From positions 8,203 through 72,202 of the forward strand of contig DATJWM010000086.1 of assembly GCA_035501255.1 (NCBI GenBank): 64,000 nucleotides of DNA, read 5' to 3'. Below are positions 27,694 through 38,317 of the stretch, one piece after another. The position numbers and the translations under genes are program-made. The notes below the pieces were generated by a model. That model was not told where the DNA came from. It made no database searches and was given only the letters and a program-made list of their open reading frames with translations. Source of the DNA: Mycobacteriales bacterium (GTDB lineage: Bacteria; Actinomycetota; Actinomycetes; JAFAQI01). The stretch's first letter is position 1, and each line of letters opens with the position of its first letter.

Positions 27694-28194
27694 TCAGTCG
27701 TCGAAGGTCTTCTGGATGCTCGGCAACAGCATTCCGAGCAGTCCGCGCGCGTTCGCGGAGAGGATGTCGGCCCAGTCGAAGTAATCCCGCCACAAGGTGA
27801 TCTCACCGGCGTCGTTGACCTCGAACGCACCGCACACCCAAAACTGAGCGCGGAACTTGCCCCACATCAACGCATCGGTTCGTTCGGTCATCACCGAGTT
27901 GCCGGTCTGGGTCATCCGATGGATCCGTACGTCGAAGCGGATCCCCCGCTCGCGCATCCGCTCCGCGCCTTTCGCGAACCGCTGCTTGCCGCGAATCGTG
28001 GGGAGCGAGACGTTCTCGTACACGAGGTCGTCGGCGACGAGGGCGACCGCCGCGTCAATATCACTGTCGGCGAGGACCGCGAAAAACCGTCGGACCACCT
28101 CCGATTCACGTGGCTCAGCTCCGTCGGTTGGTGGTTGTCCCGGTTCGGGACCGGAGTCTGGTTGCGGAACAGGATCGGGATCGGCGTCGGTCAC
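27694..28194 (-). CDS. Limonene-1,2-epoxide hydrolase family (NTF2/SnoaL-like) protein
   Basis: 166 aa. 'VVRRFFAVLADSDIDAAVALVADDLVYENVSLPTIRGKQRF' matches the EphG/LEH N-terminal signature. Pro-rich N-terminal tail. Confidence 0.6.
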   Translation of the reverse strand: MTDADPDPVPQPDSGPEPGQPPTDGAEPRESEVVRRFFAVLADSDIDAAVALVADDLVYENVSLPTIRGKQRFAKGAERMRERGIRFDVRIHRMTQTGNSVMTERTDALMWGKFRAQFWVCGAFEVNDAGEITLWRDYFDWADILSANARGLLGMLLPSIQKTFDD

Positions 28195-28270
28195 GGCGAA
28201 GCTCCTTCGCGAAACGAATCAGATCCAAACTCTGTCATGCCCATTCGCGTTGGTCACCACACCCGGTCAC

Positions 28271-29107
28271 TCACGGCTGATCGGGCAGGTTCGTCCAGCC
28301 GGGAGCGCCCGCCCGGCGGTACCAGCCGCTTGCCGCAAGCGTTCCGCCGTCGACGGGGATCGTGTGACCGGTCACGAATCGTGATTGTTCGCTGGCGAGA
28401 AAGAGCGCGACTTCGGCGTAGTCCTCCGGCACGCCGAAGCGTCCCAGCGGAACCCACGATCGGAGCAGTTGCGGGTCGCGACCTCCCAACATGCTCTCGG
28501 CCGGCGTCTGCGGAGTGTCGGCAAGGTCCGGAGCGATCGCGTTGACCCGCACTCCGGACCCTCCGACCTCGACGGCAAGGCTGCGGGTGAACGCCACAAC
28601 CGCCGCCTTGAACGCGGAGTACACCGTGTTGGCGGGAATCCCGCGATACGCCTCGACCGTCGAAACGTTGACGATGCTCCCGGCCTTGGCCTCGAGCATC
28701 GATGGAAGGACAGCCCGGGTGACTCGGAAGACGTGCCGCAGGTTGACGTCGTACTGTGCCTCCCAGTCCGCCTCGCTCGAGGTCACGAACCGCCCGTTCG
28801 GGCGGTAGTCCCCGACGTTGTTGACGAGTACGCCGATCCGGCCGGCAGCGACGTCGGTCGCCGTCGAGACGAGCGTCTCGACCGCGCGCGGATCACGAAC
28901 GTCGCCGGTGACCGTAATCAACCGACCGTCGGGTTCGACGATGCTCGCCGACAATGCCTCCAGCGCCGCGGCATCGGTGTCGAGCGCGACCACCGTGGCG
29001 CCGGCCAGCGCAAACCGACGGCTGATTCCGCCGCCAATGCCGGCAGCACCGCCGGTGACGACCGCGACGTCGCCCGCCAGCGGGAGTCGCGGTGAACGTT
29101 GGATCAC
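28271..29107 (-). CDS. SDR family oxidoreductase
   Basis: 'VAVVTGGAAGIGGGISRRF' (TGxxxGxG) and 'YSAFKAAVVAFTRSLA' (YxxxK). Confidence 0.85.
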   Translation of the reverse strand: MIQRSPRLPLAGDVAVVTGGAAGIGGGISRRFALAGATVVALDTDAAALEALSASIVEPDGRLITVTGDVRDPRAVETLVSTATDVAAGRIGVLVNNVGDYRPNGRFVTSSEADWEAQYDVNLRHVFRVTRAVLPSMLEAKAGSIVNVSTVEAYRGIPANTVYSAFKAAVVAFTRSLAVEVGGSGVRVNAIAPDLADTPQTPAESMLGGRDPQLLRSWVPLGRFGVPEDYAEVALFLASEQSRFVTGHTIPVDGGTLAASGWYRRAGAPGWTNLPDQP

Positions 29108-29145
29108 GAATGCACGCTAACCGCTCACCTCCCGACCCGATCAAA

Positions 29146-29220
29146 ACGGCGTCACGCCGTACCGGCTCGATCAAAACGGCGTCACGCCGTACCGGCTGGA
29201 GCGAAACGGCGTCACGCCGT
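29146..29220. repeat. Three tandem 30-bp repeats, each containing a perfect 15-bp palindrome ACGGCGTCACGCCGT: candidate triple operator in a divergent promoter region
   Basis: Palindromes at 29146-29160, 29176-29190 and 29206-29220, centre-to-centre 30 bp apart, between the SDR start (29107) and the HhH-GPD gene start (29233). Repeat unit 'gatcaaaacggcgtcacgccgtaccggctc'. Confidence 0.7.
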
Positions 29221-29232
29221 TACGGTGGGGCC

Positions 29233-29811
29233 ATGGCGCCCGAACTGCACCTCGCCCAGAAGCCGGACGCGGACGCCCTCTTGTCCGAGAACCCGTTAGC
29301 ACTGCTGATCGGCATGGTCCTCGACCAGCAGATCCCGCTCGAGTGGGCGTTCACCGGCCCGTTCACATTGAGCCAGCGACTCGGTCGCGATCTCGACGCC
29401 GCGGACCTGGCCGATCGTGACCCCGAGAAGCTGGCCGCGGTGTTCGCGACCCCGCCAGCGCTGCACCGCTTCCCCGCATCGATGGCCGCGCGCGTCCAGC
29501 AGCTGTGCGCTCAGATCGTCACGGATTACGACGGGCGGGCGGAGAACATCTGGACCGGAGTGACCACCGGATCCGAACTCCGCAAGCGGATCGAGAACCT
29601 GCCCGGCTTCGGCAAGCAGAAGGCGAAGATCTTCCTCGCGTTGCTCGGCAAGCAGTACGGCGTTCGACCGCGCGGGTGGCGAGAGCAGGCCGGGGAGTTC
29701 GGCCTCGCGAAGTCCTACTGCTCGGTCGCCGACATCGTGGATGACGCGTCGCTCGCCAAGGTCCGCGCATTCAAAAAGGACATGAAGGCGGCCGCCAAAG
29801 CGGCGTCGTAA
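29233..29811 (+). CDS. HhH-GPD superfamily (DNA glycosylase-like) protein
   Basis: Start at the M after the repeats ('MAPELHLAQKPDADALL'); the upstream part of ORF 29092-29811 is the repeat read in frame. HhH hairpin 'LPGFGKQKAKIFLALLG' and a downstream Asp-rich 'VADIVDDAS'. Confidence 0.45.
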   Translation: MAPELHLAQKPDADALLSENPLALLIGMVLDQQIPLEWAFTGPFTLSQRLGRDLDAADLADRDPEKLAAVFATPPALHRFPASMAARVQQLCAQIVTDYDGRAENIWTGVTTGSELRKRIENLPGFGKQKAKIFLALLGKQYGVRPRGWREQAGEFGLAKSYCSVADIVDDASLAKVRAFKKDMKAAAKAAS

Positions 29812-29815
29812 CACC

Positions 29816-30181
29816 TCACGTCGGGCGGGAGTGCGCGATCGCAGCCGCCACCGAATCAGGATCCCGAGCGACGTACGCCGTGCCGTCATCCGCAACGACG
29901 AGCGGCCGCTGGATCAGCATGGGGTTGGCGACGAGAACATCGATCCACGCATCGACATGAGCAGCGTCGCGGTCGGGCAGCGTGACTCCCGCACCGCGGG
30001 CGTCCGCGGTCCGGCAGATGTCCCACGGAGCCAGCGCGAGCCGGGCGAGTACGGCGCGAAGATCCGCCGGCGACGGCGGCTCCTGCAAGTAGTAACGCAA
30101 CTCATACGTCAGGCCGACCTCGTCCACGGCTTCCTTCGCGATCCGACACTTCGAGCACCGCGGGTTGAACCAGATCTCCAT
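29816..30181 (-). CDS. ArsC/Spx-family (YffB-like) thioredoxin-fold protein
   Basis: Start at internal ATG 30179-30181 'MEIWFNPRCSKCRIAKEAVDEVGLTYELRYYLQEPPS'. The ArsC-family CxxC/N-terminal Cys context is present. The 270-aa ORF extension upstream lacks support. Confidence 0.6.
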   Translation of the reverse strand: MEIWFNPRCSKCRIAKEAVDEVGLTYELRYYLQEPPSPADLRAVLARLALAPWDICRTADARGAGVTLPDRDAAHVDAWIDVLVANPMLIQRPLVVADDGTAYVARDPDSVAAAIAHSRPT

Positions 30182-30271
30182 CGAAACCTCGCTGTGGCGA
30201 GCGTCCCTCGCGCTCGCCGCCGCGACCTTACCGAGCAGAGACACCGACCGGGGCGGCACTAGGGTTCCGAT

Positions 30272-31009
30272 ATGAGGTTCGTGTTGGTTCACGGCGGCGG
30301 CTTCGACGCGCGCTGCTGGGACGAGATGATCCCCGCTCTGCGCGCTGACGCCATCGCCGTCGACCTGCCCGGACGCGGGCGTCACCCTGCGGACCTCGAC
30401 AGCGTCACCCTCGATGGCTGGGCCCACTCGGTCGTCGTCGACATCGCCGAGGTCGACGAGGTCGACGAGTCGAATCCCCCGGATCTCATTCTCGTCGGGC
30501 ACTCGATGGCCGGCCTGACGTTGCCGAGGGTCGTGAACCTCATCCCCGAGAGAATCCGACACGTGGTGTTCGTCTCGTGCTCGGTCCCCGCTCACGGTAG
30601 GACCATGCTCGACGTGCTCAGCGCTCATTTCGACCGGCAGATCTCCACCCGCGCAGGGGAGGCCGGCACCCAGGCCGAGAACCAGAGTGCGACGATGTCA
30701 GCCGACCTCGCGGTCGCGATGTTCTGCAACGACATGACTCCCGCACAGACCGAAACGACGCTGTCGTTGATGGTCCCGGAAGCCGCGGGACCCCTCGCCG
30801 AGCCGGCCGACAACTCGGGCCTCGCGCATCCAATCCCTCGAAGTTGGGTTCGCCTGAGCCGAGACGCCATCGTTTCCCCCGCCACCCAGGATCGATTCAT
30901 CGCGACCGTGGGTGACCTTGATGTCATCGATCTGGACGCCGGCCACATGGCGATGCTCAGCCGTCCCGATGAACTCGCCGCGATCCTCAACCGGATCGCG
31001 GATCTGTGA
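30272..31009 (+). CDS. Alpha/beta hydrolase fold protein
   Basis: 'RFVLVHGGGFDARCW', nucleophile elbow 'VGHSMAG', 'LDAGHMAML' (His). Confidence 0.75.
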   Translation: MRFVLVHGGGFDARCWDEMIPALRADAIAVDLPGRGRHPADLDSVTLDGWAHSVVVDIAEVDEVDESNPPDLILVGHSMAGLTLPRVVNLIPERIRHVVFVSCSVPAHGRTMLDVLSAHFDRQISTRAGEAGTQAENQSATMSADLAVAMFCNDMTPAQTETTLSLMVPEAAGPLAEPADNSGLAHPIPRSWVRLSRDAIVSPATQDRFIATVGDLDVIDLDAGHMAMLSRPDELAAILNRIADL

Positions 31010-31045
31010 CCACACCAAGTAGCTGATCACCCCCGAGGAGCGGCC

Positions 31046-31879
31046 ATGAGCGAGAGCCCGCCCGTTGTCATCGTCGAGACGAGCGAGCGCATTGCGACCG
31101 TGACGCTCAACCGACCCGAGGCCCGCAACGCCCTCAGCCGGCAGCTCATGAGAGCGCTTTGGGACGCGGTCACCACCGCCGACGCCGATCCCGACGTCTC
31201 GGTCATCATCCTGACCGGCGCCGATCCCGCCTTCTGCGGTGGCGTCGACTTGAAGGAAATCGCCGCGGACACTCAGCCTGCTCACCTCACCCCGCCCACG
31301 CAGCCGACCGAACCGCCGGGTCAGGGACCGTCCCGGTTCTCCAACGGACTGTTTCGATTCCTGCCGCTGACGACGACGCCGATCATCGGCGCGATCAACG
31401 GGGTCGCGGTCACCGGTGGTCTGGAGATCGCACTCCAGTGCACCTTCCTCGTTGCCTCGGAACGCGCCCGGTTTGCCGACACGCACGCGCGGATCGGAAT
31501 TCTGCCCGGAGGTGGGATCACCGTTTTCATGGCCGAGTCTCTCGGCCTCAGGCGAGCGATCGAGATGTCGTTGACCGGCAACTTCATCTCCGCCGACGAT
31601 GCGCTTCGTCTTGGCTTGGTCAACCACGTCACCTCACATGACGACCTCCTGCCCTTCACTCGCGGCCTCGCTCTCGACATCGCAAGCAACGACCAAGTTG
31701 CCGTCCGTCGGCTTCATGCGCACTACCAGCAGATCGCCAACGCCGCCACCCGCGACGAGGCGCACCGGATCGAAGGTGACATGGCGCAAAGCTGGCAGGC
31801 AGCGGTCGGCACCCGTCTCGTTGCGGACCGCCGGGCGCAGGTGACGGCACGAGGTCGGGCGCAAGCATCCGGATGCTGA
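31046..31879 (+). CDS. Enoyl-CoA hydratase/isomerase (crotonase) family
   Basis: 'IATVTLNRPEARNALS', 'ILTGADPAFCGGVDLKE', 'AINGVAVTGGLEIAL'. Strong SD GAGGAG upstream. Confidence 0.85.
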   Translation: MSESPPVVIVETSERIATVTLNRPEARNALSRQLMRALWDAVTTADADPDVSVIILTGADPAFCGGVDLKEIAADTQPAHLTPPTQPTEPPGQGPSRFSNGLFRFLPLTTTPIIGAINGVAVTGGLEIALQCTFLVASERARFADTHARIGILPGGGITVFMAESLGLRRAIEMSLTGNFISADDALRLGLVNHVTSHDDLLPFTRGLALDIASNDQVAVRRLHAHYQQIANAATRDEAHRIEGDMAQSWQAAVGTRLVADRRAQVTARGRAQASGC

Positions 31880-32859
31880 TCGACACCTACCTGTCCGGCA
31901 GCGAGCGCGCGGCACCGGAATCGGCCGCGGCGCAAGCCGCCGGGTACGACGGGGCGTTCACCGGCGAGGTCAACGCGGATCCCTTCCTGCCGCTCGCCAT
32001 CGCGGCGACGGCGACCGAACGCATCGACCTCGGTACGTCGATCGCGGTCGCGTTCGCGCGATCGCCAATGACCCTCGCCTATACCGCGTGGGACCTGCAA
32101 AGGCTCTCGCGAGGACGGTTCATGCTCGGGCTCGGGTCGCAGGTCAAGGCGCACATCACCCGGCGATACTCGATGGCGTGGGGACGACCCGTCGCCCAGA
32201 TGCGGGAGTTCCTCCTTGCGATGCAAGCAATCTGGTACAGCTGGGACTCCGGCGAGCCACTCTTCTTCGACAGTGAGCACTACCAGCACACGTTGATGCC
32301 CGCGAACTTCGTGCCAGCCTCGCACGGATTCGGACCACCGAAGGTGCTGGTCGCAGGCGTCGGAGACACCATGACGGCAATGGCGGGCGAGGTCGCGGAC
32401 GGATTCCTGTGCCACGCGTTCACCACCGAGCGCTGGTTTCGTGAGCACACCCTGCCGGCGCTACACACCGGCCTCGTCCGAGCCGGGAAGTCACCAGCGG
32501 ACTTCACGATCAAGGCCTCGACCTACCTTGCGACCGGCACGGACGAACAGATCACAGTCGCCCTCGACGAGATCCGCGGCCAGATCGCGTTCTATGCATC
32601 AACCCCTGCCTACCAACCGCTGCTCGAGTTGCATGGGTGGGGTGAGATCGGGGTCGAGCTGATCAGGATGTCGAAAGCCGGCCAGTGGGCTCGGATGGGC
32701 GCGCTCGTCGACGACGACATGGTGGCCGAGTTCGCGGTCGTCGGGTCGATCGAGGAGGTACCCGCCCTCCTCGACAAGCGCTACGCAGGCGTCCTCGACC
32801 GGGTCGCGTTCTTGGTGCAGGAGCCCAGCCCGGAGTTGCGCGAGGCACTGCGTCACTGA
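31873..32859 (+). CDS. LLM class F420-dependent oxidoreductase
   Basis: 'AGYDGAFTGE', 'RIDLGTSIAVAFARSPMTLA', 'SRGRFMLGLGSQVKAH'. Start overlaps the crotonase stop (ATGcTGA). Confidence 0.75.
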   Translation: MLIDTYLSGSERAAPESAAAQAAGYDGAFTGEVNADPFLPLAIAATATERIDLGTSIAVAFARSPMTLAYTAWDLQRLSRGRFMLGLGSQVKAHITRRYSMAWGRPVAQMREFLLAMQAIWYSWDSGEPLFFDSEHYQHTLMPANFVPASHGFGPPKVLVAGVGDTMTAMAGEVADGFLCHAFTTERWFREHTLPALHTGLVRAGKSPADFTIKASTYLATGTDEQITVALDEIRGQIAFYASTPAYQPLLELHGWGEIGVELIRMSKAGQWARMGALVDDDMVAEFAVVGSIEEVPALLDKRYAGVLDRVAFLVQEPSPELREALRH

Positions 32860-32874
32860 GGCGGTGACTCCCCG

Positions 32875-33420
32875 TCACCCGAGTAGCGAACGGACCGGAT
32901 CGCTTCCGTCCCAGTTCGCGGCGGCATCGCGCACGAGCGTCGCCATCCCTCGCGTCAGATCGGTGAGTTCCATGATTTCGACGATCGTCGCGGGACCGGA
33001 GTCCGGCGGCTCGACATAGGCATAGCGCGCCCCGCCGTCGCCTCCGCCGGACCACACAACCGGCCAACCCTCGGCGCCGACCGTCGCCATCGTGGCGTCG
33101 AAGTCCGACGCCCACCAAGCGAGCTGATGCATGCCCGCTCGGCCCGCGTCGAGGAATTCGGTATAGATGCTCGGCACCTCGTCGTCCTGGTGAATGAGCT
33201 CGATCTGAAGATCCCCGCTGTTCGCAAACGCGACCGACAGGGTCACGGTGCACGGATTCCCGCGGTAGTCGGCGGTTTGCTCGATCCCGCGGATGACGAA
33301 AAACGGACCGACCCCGAGCGCGAGCCAACCGGCAATCGCCGCATCGAGATCGCGAACGACGTACCCGATCTGGCGAAACTCACCGGGCAGGAACGCGAAC
33401 CCATGGCGGTCGTTTCCCAT
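32875..33420 (-). CDS. VOC (glyoxalase/bleomycin-resistance/dioxygenase) family protein
   Basis: 181 aa: 'IGYVVRDLDAAIAGW..LGVGPF' and a second beta-alpha-beta-beta-beta module 'HQLAWWASDFDATMATV'. Confidence 0.55.
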   Translation of the reverse strand: MGNDRHGFAFLPGEFRQIGYVVRDLDAAIAGWLALGVGPFFVIRGIEQTADYRGNPCTVTLSVAFANSGDLQIELIHQDDEVPSIYTEFLDAGRAGMHQLAWWASDFDATMATVGAEGWPVVWSGGGDGGARYAYVEPPDSGPATIVEIMELTDLTRGMATLVRDAAANWDGSDPVRSLLG

Positions 33421-33439
33421 GCCGACGAGCGTGCCACAG

Positions 33440-33495
33440 CGCCCCCGATTCGCCGTTTTCTTGACTTAGTCCATTCTTGGCGCGAGGATGCGGGT
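33440..33495 (+). promoter_or_regulatory. furA promoter / probable FurA autoregulatory site (TTGACT -35-like element)
   Basis: 'cgccgttttcTTGACTtagtccattcttggcgcgaggatgcgg' immediately upstream of the furA GTG start. Mycobacterial furA promoters carry a TTGACT -35 element overlapping the FurA box. Confidence 0.35.
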
Positions 33496-33927
33496 GTGCC
33501 CACAACCGCCGACCTCGAGCAGCTGTTGCGCGAGGCCGGGTTGCGGGTCACTCGCCCGCGGGTCGCCGTTCTCGCCACGGTCTATGCAAATCCCCACATC
33601 GACACCGACACCATCATCAGTGCGGTCCGCGACGACCTCGGCGAAGTCTCCCGCCAGGCGGTGTACGACGTCCTGCGAGCGTTTACCGACGTCTCCCTGG
33701 TACGCCGGATCGAGCCCGCCGGGTCGGTGGCCCGCTACGAGTCGCGGGTCGGCGACAACCACCATCACGTGGTCTGCCGATCGTGCGGCGTCATCAACGA
33801 CGTCGACTGTGCTGTCGGCGAGCGGCCGTGTTTGACCGCATCCGACGATCGCGGCTTCACCATCGATGAGGCCGAGGTCGTCTATTGGGGAATCTGCGCC
33901 GAGTGCGCAACCGCACCAGATCGTTAA
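33496..33927 (+). CDS. furA: Fur family transcriptional regulator FurA
   Basis: GTG start 33496. 'LRVTRPRVAVL', 'HIDTDTI', 'SRQAVYDVLRAF', 'ARYESRVGDNHHHVVCRSCGVINDVDCAVGERPCL' are near-identical in pattern to M. tuberculosis FurA. Immediately upstream of katG. Confidence 0.85.
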   Translation: MPTTADLEQLLREAGLRVTRPRVAVLATVYANPHIDTDTIISAVRDDLGEVSRQAVYDVLRAFTDVSLVRRIEPAGSVARYESRVGDNHHHVVCRSCGVINDVDCAVGERPCLTASDDRGFTIDEAEVVYWGICAECATAPDR

Positions 33928-36195
<2,268 letters not shown>

Positions 36196-36310
36196 TCACC
36201 TGGTTGACGGCTCCGGCCGGGTCGTCCGGTTCGAACGGGACGGCTCGGCCGGCGCGTCGCCGCGTCTATCGTGGACGAAACTCGGTACGGCGAACTCGGA
36301 GGCGGTCATC

Positions 36311-37480
36311 GTGAGGGTTCTCGTTCTTGGCGGAGACGGGTTCTGCGGCTGGCCGACGGCGCTCCACCTCTCCGCCGAGGGTCATGACGTCGTCATCGCC
36401 GACAACCTGGTCCGGCGCAAGATCGACGTCGAGCTCGAGGCCTCGTCGCTGACCCCGATCTCGCCGATCTCCACCCGGCTGGCTGCCTGGAACGAGGTTT
36501 CCGGACGGACGATCGAGTTCGAGAGCATCGATGTCGCGGATCAGTATCACCGGCTGTTGACACTGATCTCCGACTGGCAGCCAGACGCGATCGTTCACTT
36601 CGCCGAGCAGCGCGCCGCGCCGTACTCAATGAAGTCCTCGTGGCACAAGCGCTACACGGTCAGCAACAACCTCAACGCCACCAACAACCTGCTGGCAGCG
36701 ATCGTCGAGGCCGACCTCGATGTTCACGTCGTGCATCTGGGCACCATGGGTGTGTACGGCTACGGGACGGCGGGGGTGAAAATTCCCGAGGGATACCTAC
36801 GGGTGCACATTCCCGCTGAGGACGGAAGCATCGTCGAGAGCGAGATTCTCTACCCGCCGAATCCCGGTTCGATCTACCACCTCACCAAGACCCAAGATCA
36901 ACTCCTATTCGCCTACTACAACAAGAACGACGGAGTCCGGGTCACCGACTTGCACCAGGGCATCGTGTGGGGGACGCAGACGAAGGAGACCCGTTTGGAC
37001 GACCGGTTGATCAACCGGTTCGACTACGACGGCGACTACGGCACGGTCCTCAACCGGTTCCTCATGCAGGCGGCAATCGGATATCCACTGACCGTCCATG
37101 GCACGGGCGGACAGACTCGCGCCTTCATTCACATTCAGGACACGGTCAGATGCGTCCAGCTCGCGGTCGAGACACCGCCGCCCCCTGGTCAACGGGTTCG
37201 GGTGTTCAACCAGATGACCGAAACCCACCGGATCATCGATCTCGCGAAGCTGGTCTCCCGCCTGACCGATGCGGAGATCGACAACGTCGAAAACCCGCGC
37301 AACGAAGCCGCCGAGAACGACCTCGTCGTCGAAAACCGCCAGCTCATCGAGCTCGGCCTCGACCCCATCACTCTCGAAGAAGGTCTACTCGGCGAGGTCA
37401 CCGAGATCGCAAAGAAGTACGCGGATCGCGCCGACCTCGACAAGATCCCGTGCCGGTCCTTGTGGCGTCAGAAGCGCTGA
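36311..37480 (+). CDS. sqdB: UDP-sulfoquinovose synthase (SQD1/SqdB)-like NAD-dependent epimerase/dehydratase
   Basis: 389 aa, collinear with plant SQD1: 'VLVLGGDGFCGW', 'DNLVRRKIDVELEASSLTPIS', 'HFAEQRAAPYSM', 'HLGTMGVYGY', 'YHLTKTQD', 'GTVLNRFLMQAAIGYPLTVHGTGGQTRAFIHIQDTV', 'RVFNQMTE'. Confidence 0.7.
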   Translation: MRVLVLGGDGFCGWPTALHLSAEGHDVVIADNLVRRKIDVELEASSLTPISPISTRLAAWNEVSGRTIEFESIDVADQYHRLLTLISDWQPDAIVHFAEQRAAPYSMKSSWHKRYTVSNNLNATNNLLAAIVEADLDVHVVHLGTMGVYGYGTAGVKIPEGYLRVHIPAEDGSIVESEILYPPNPGSIYHLTKTQDQLLFAYYNKNDGVRVTDLHQGIVWGTQTKETRLDDRLINRFDYDGDYGTVLNRFLMQAAIGYPLTVHGTGGQTRAFIHIQDTVRCVQLAVETPPPPGQRVRVFNQMTETHRIIDLAKLVSRLTDAEIDNVENPRNEAAENDLVVENRQLIELGLDPITLEEGLLGEVTEIAKKYADRADLDKIPCRSLWRQKR

Positions 37481-37487
37481 TCGGTTC

Positions 37488-38186
37488 ATGACCCTCGACC
37501 GAAGCGACGCGCTTCGTGGTCTCGTCGAGAAGGCGGCCATCGAGCTCGCCGGGAGCGAGGCCGAGGACATCCTGCGCTGGGCGGATGAACAACTCGACGG
37601 CCGCCTGGTGGTGGCGACCAGCCTGCAGGACGCGGTCGTGCTCGATCTGGCAGCACGAGTTCGCCCAGGAATGGACGTCGTCTTCCTCGACACCGGGTAC
37701 CACTTCAGCGAAACGATCGGCATGCGCGACGCCGTGCAAGCGAGCTATCCGATCCGCCTGATCTCGGTCGAACCAGGTCAGACGGTCGCCGAGCAAGATG
37801 ATGTGCACGGCCCCGACCTTTTCGCCCGTAACCCGGACCTGTGCTGTCACCTTCGCAAGGTGCAGCCACTCAACGCGATGCTCGAGATGTACGACGGCTG
37901 GGTGACGGGCTTGCGTCGCAGTGAGACTCCCGAACGCCAGGACGTCCGGGCCGTCGACTGGGACGCTGCGCGAGAGATGGTCAAGGTCAACCCGATCGTC
38001 GACTGGGACGACGCGCGCATCGACGCCTACCTCGCCGAGCACGACGTGCTGGTCAATCCGTTGCGATCCGAGGGCTACCTATCGATCGGATGCGCCCCAT
38101 GCACGACCCGTTCGGCCGACCCGAACGACCCCCGATCCGGCCGGTGGGCCGGATTCGACAAGCGGGAGTGCGGCCTGCACCTGTAA
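37488..38186 (+). CDS. cysH: Phosphoadenosine phosphosulfate / adenylylsulfate reductase CysH (Fe-S cluster type)
   Basis: Start ATG 37488, 8 nt after the sqdB stop. 'VVFLDTGYHFSET', Cys pairs 'DLCCHLRKV' and 'GCAPC', C-terminal 'KRECGLH'. Confidence 0.85.
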   Translation: MTLDRSDALRGLVEKAAIELAGSEAEDILRWADEQLDGRLVVATSLQDAVVLDLAARVRPGMDVVFLDTGYHFSETIGMRDAVQASYPIRLISVEPGQTVAEQDDVHGPDLFARNPDLCCHLRKVQPLNAMLEMYDGWVTGLRRSETPERQDVRAVDWDAAREMVKVNPIVDWDDARIDAYLAEHDVLVNPLRSEGYLSIGCAPCTTRSADPNDPRSGRWAGFDKRECGLHL

Positions 38187-38317
38187 CTGGACACGGGTAG
38201 TCACGGTAAAACCGAACGGTGTTCGAATCTGTGGCCAGATCGAGACGTCATACCTGATGAATCGCGCCGCGTGATGCTCTAACGTGTGCCACCGGTAGCC
38301 AACTCAAGGGAGAGGTC

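Noticed and set aside
29092-29232. N-terminal extension of the HhH-GPD ORF (MNVGSRMHANRSPPDPIKTASRRTGSIKTASRRTG...)
   Set aside because: The repeated 'IKTASRRTG' peptide is the in-frame reading of the 30-bp tandem palindromic DNA repeat. It is regulatory DNA rather than coding.
36196-36310. Direct repeats GACGGCTC(C)GGCCGG downstream of katG
   Set aside because: The two copies are direct rather than inverted and form no convincing hairpin. Probably compositional.
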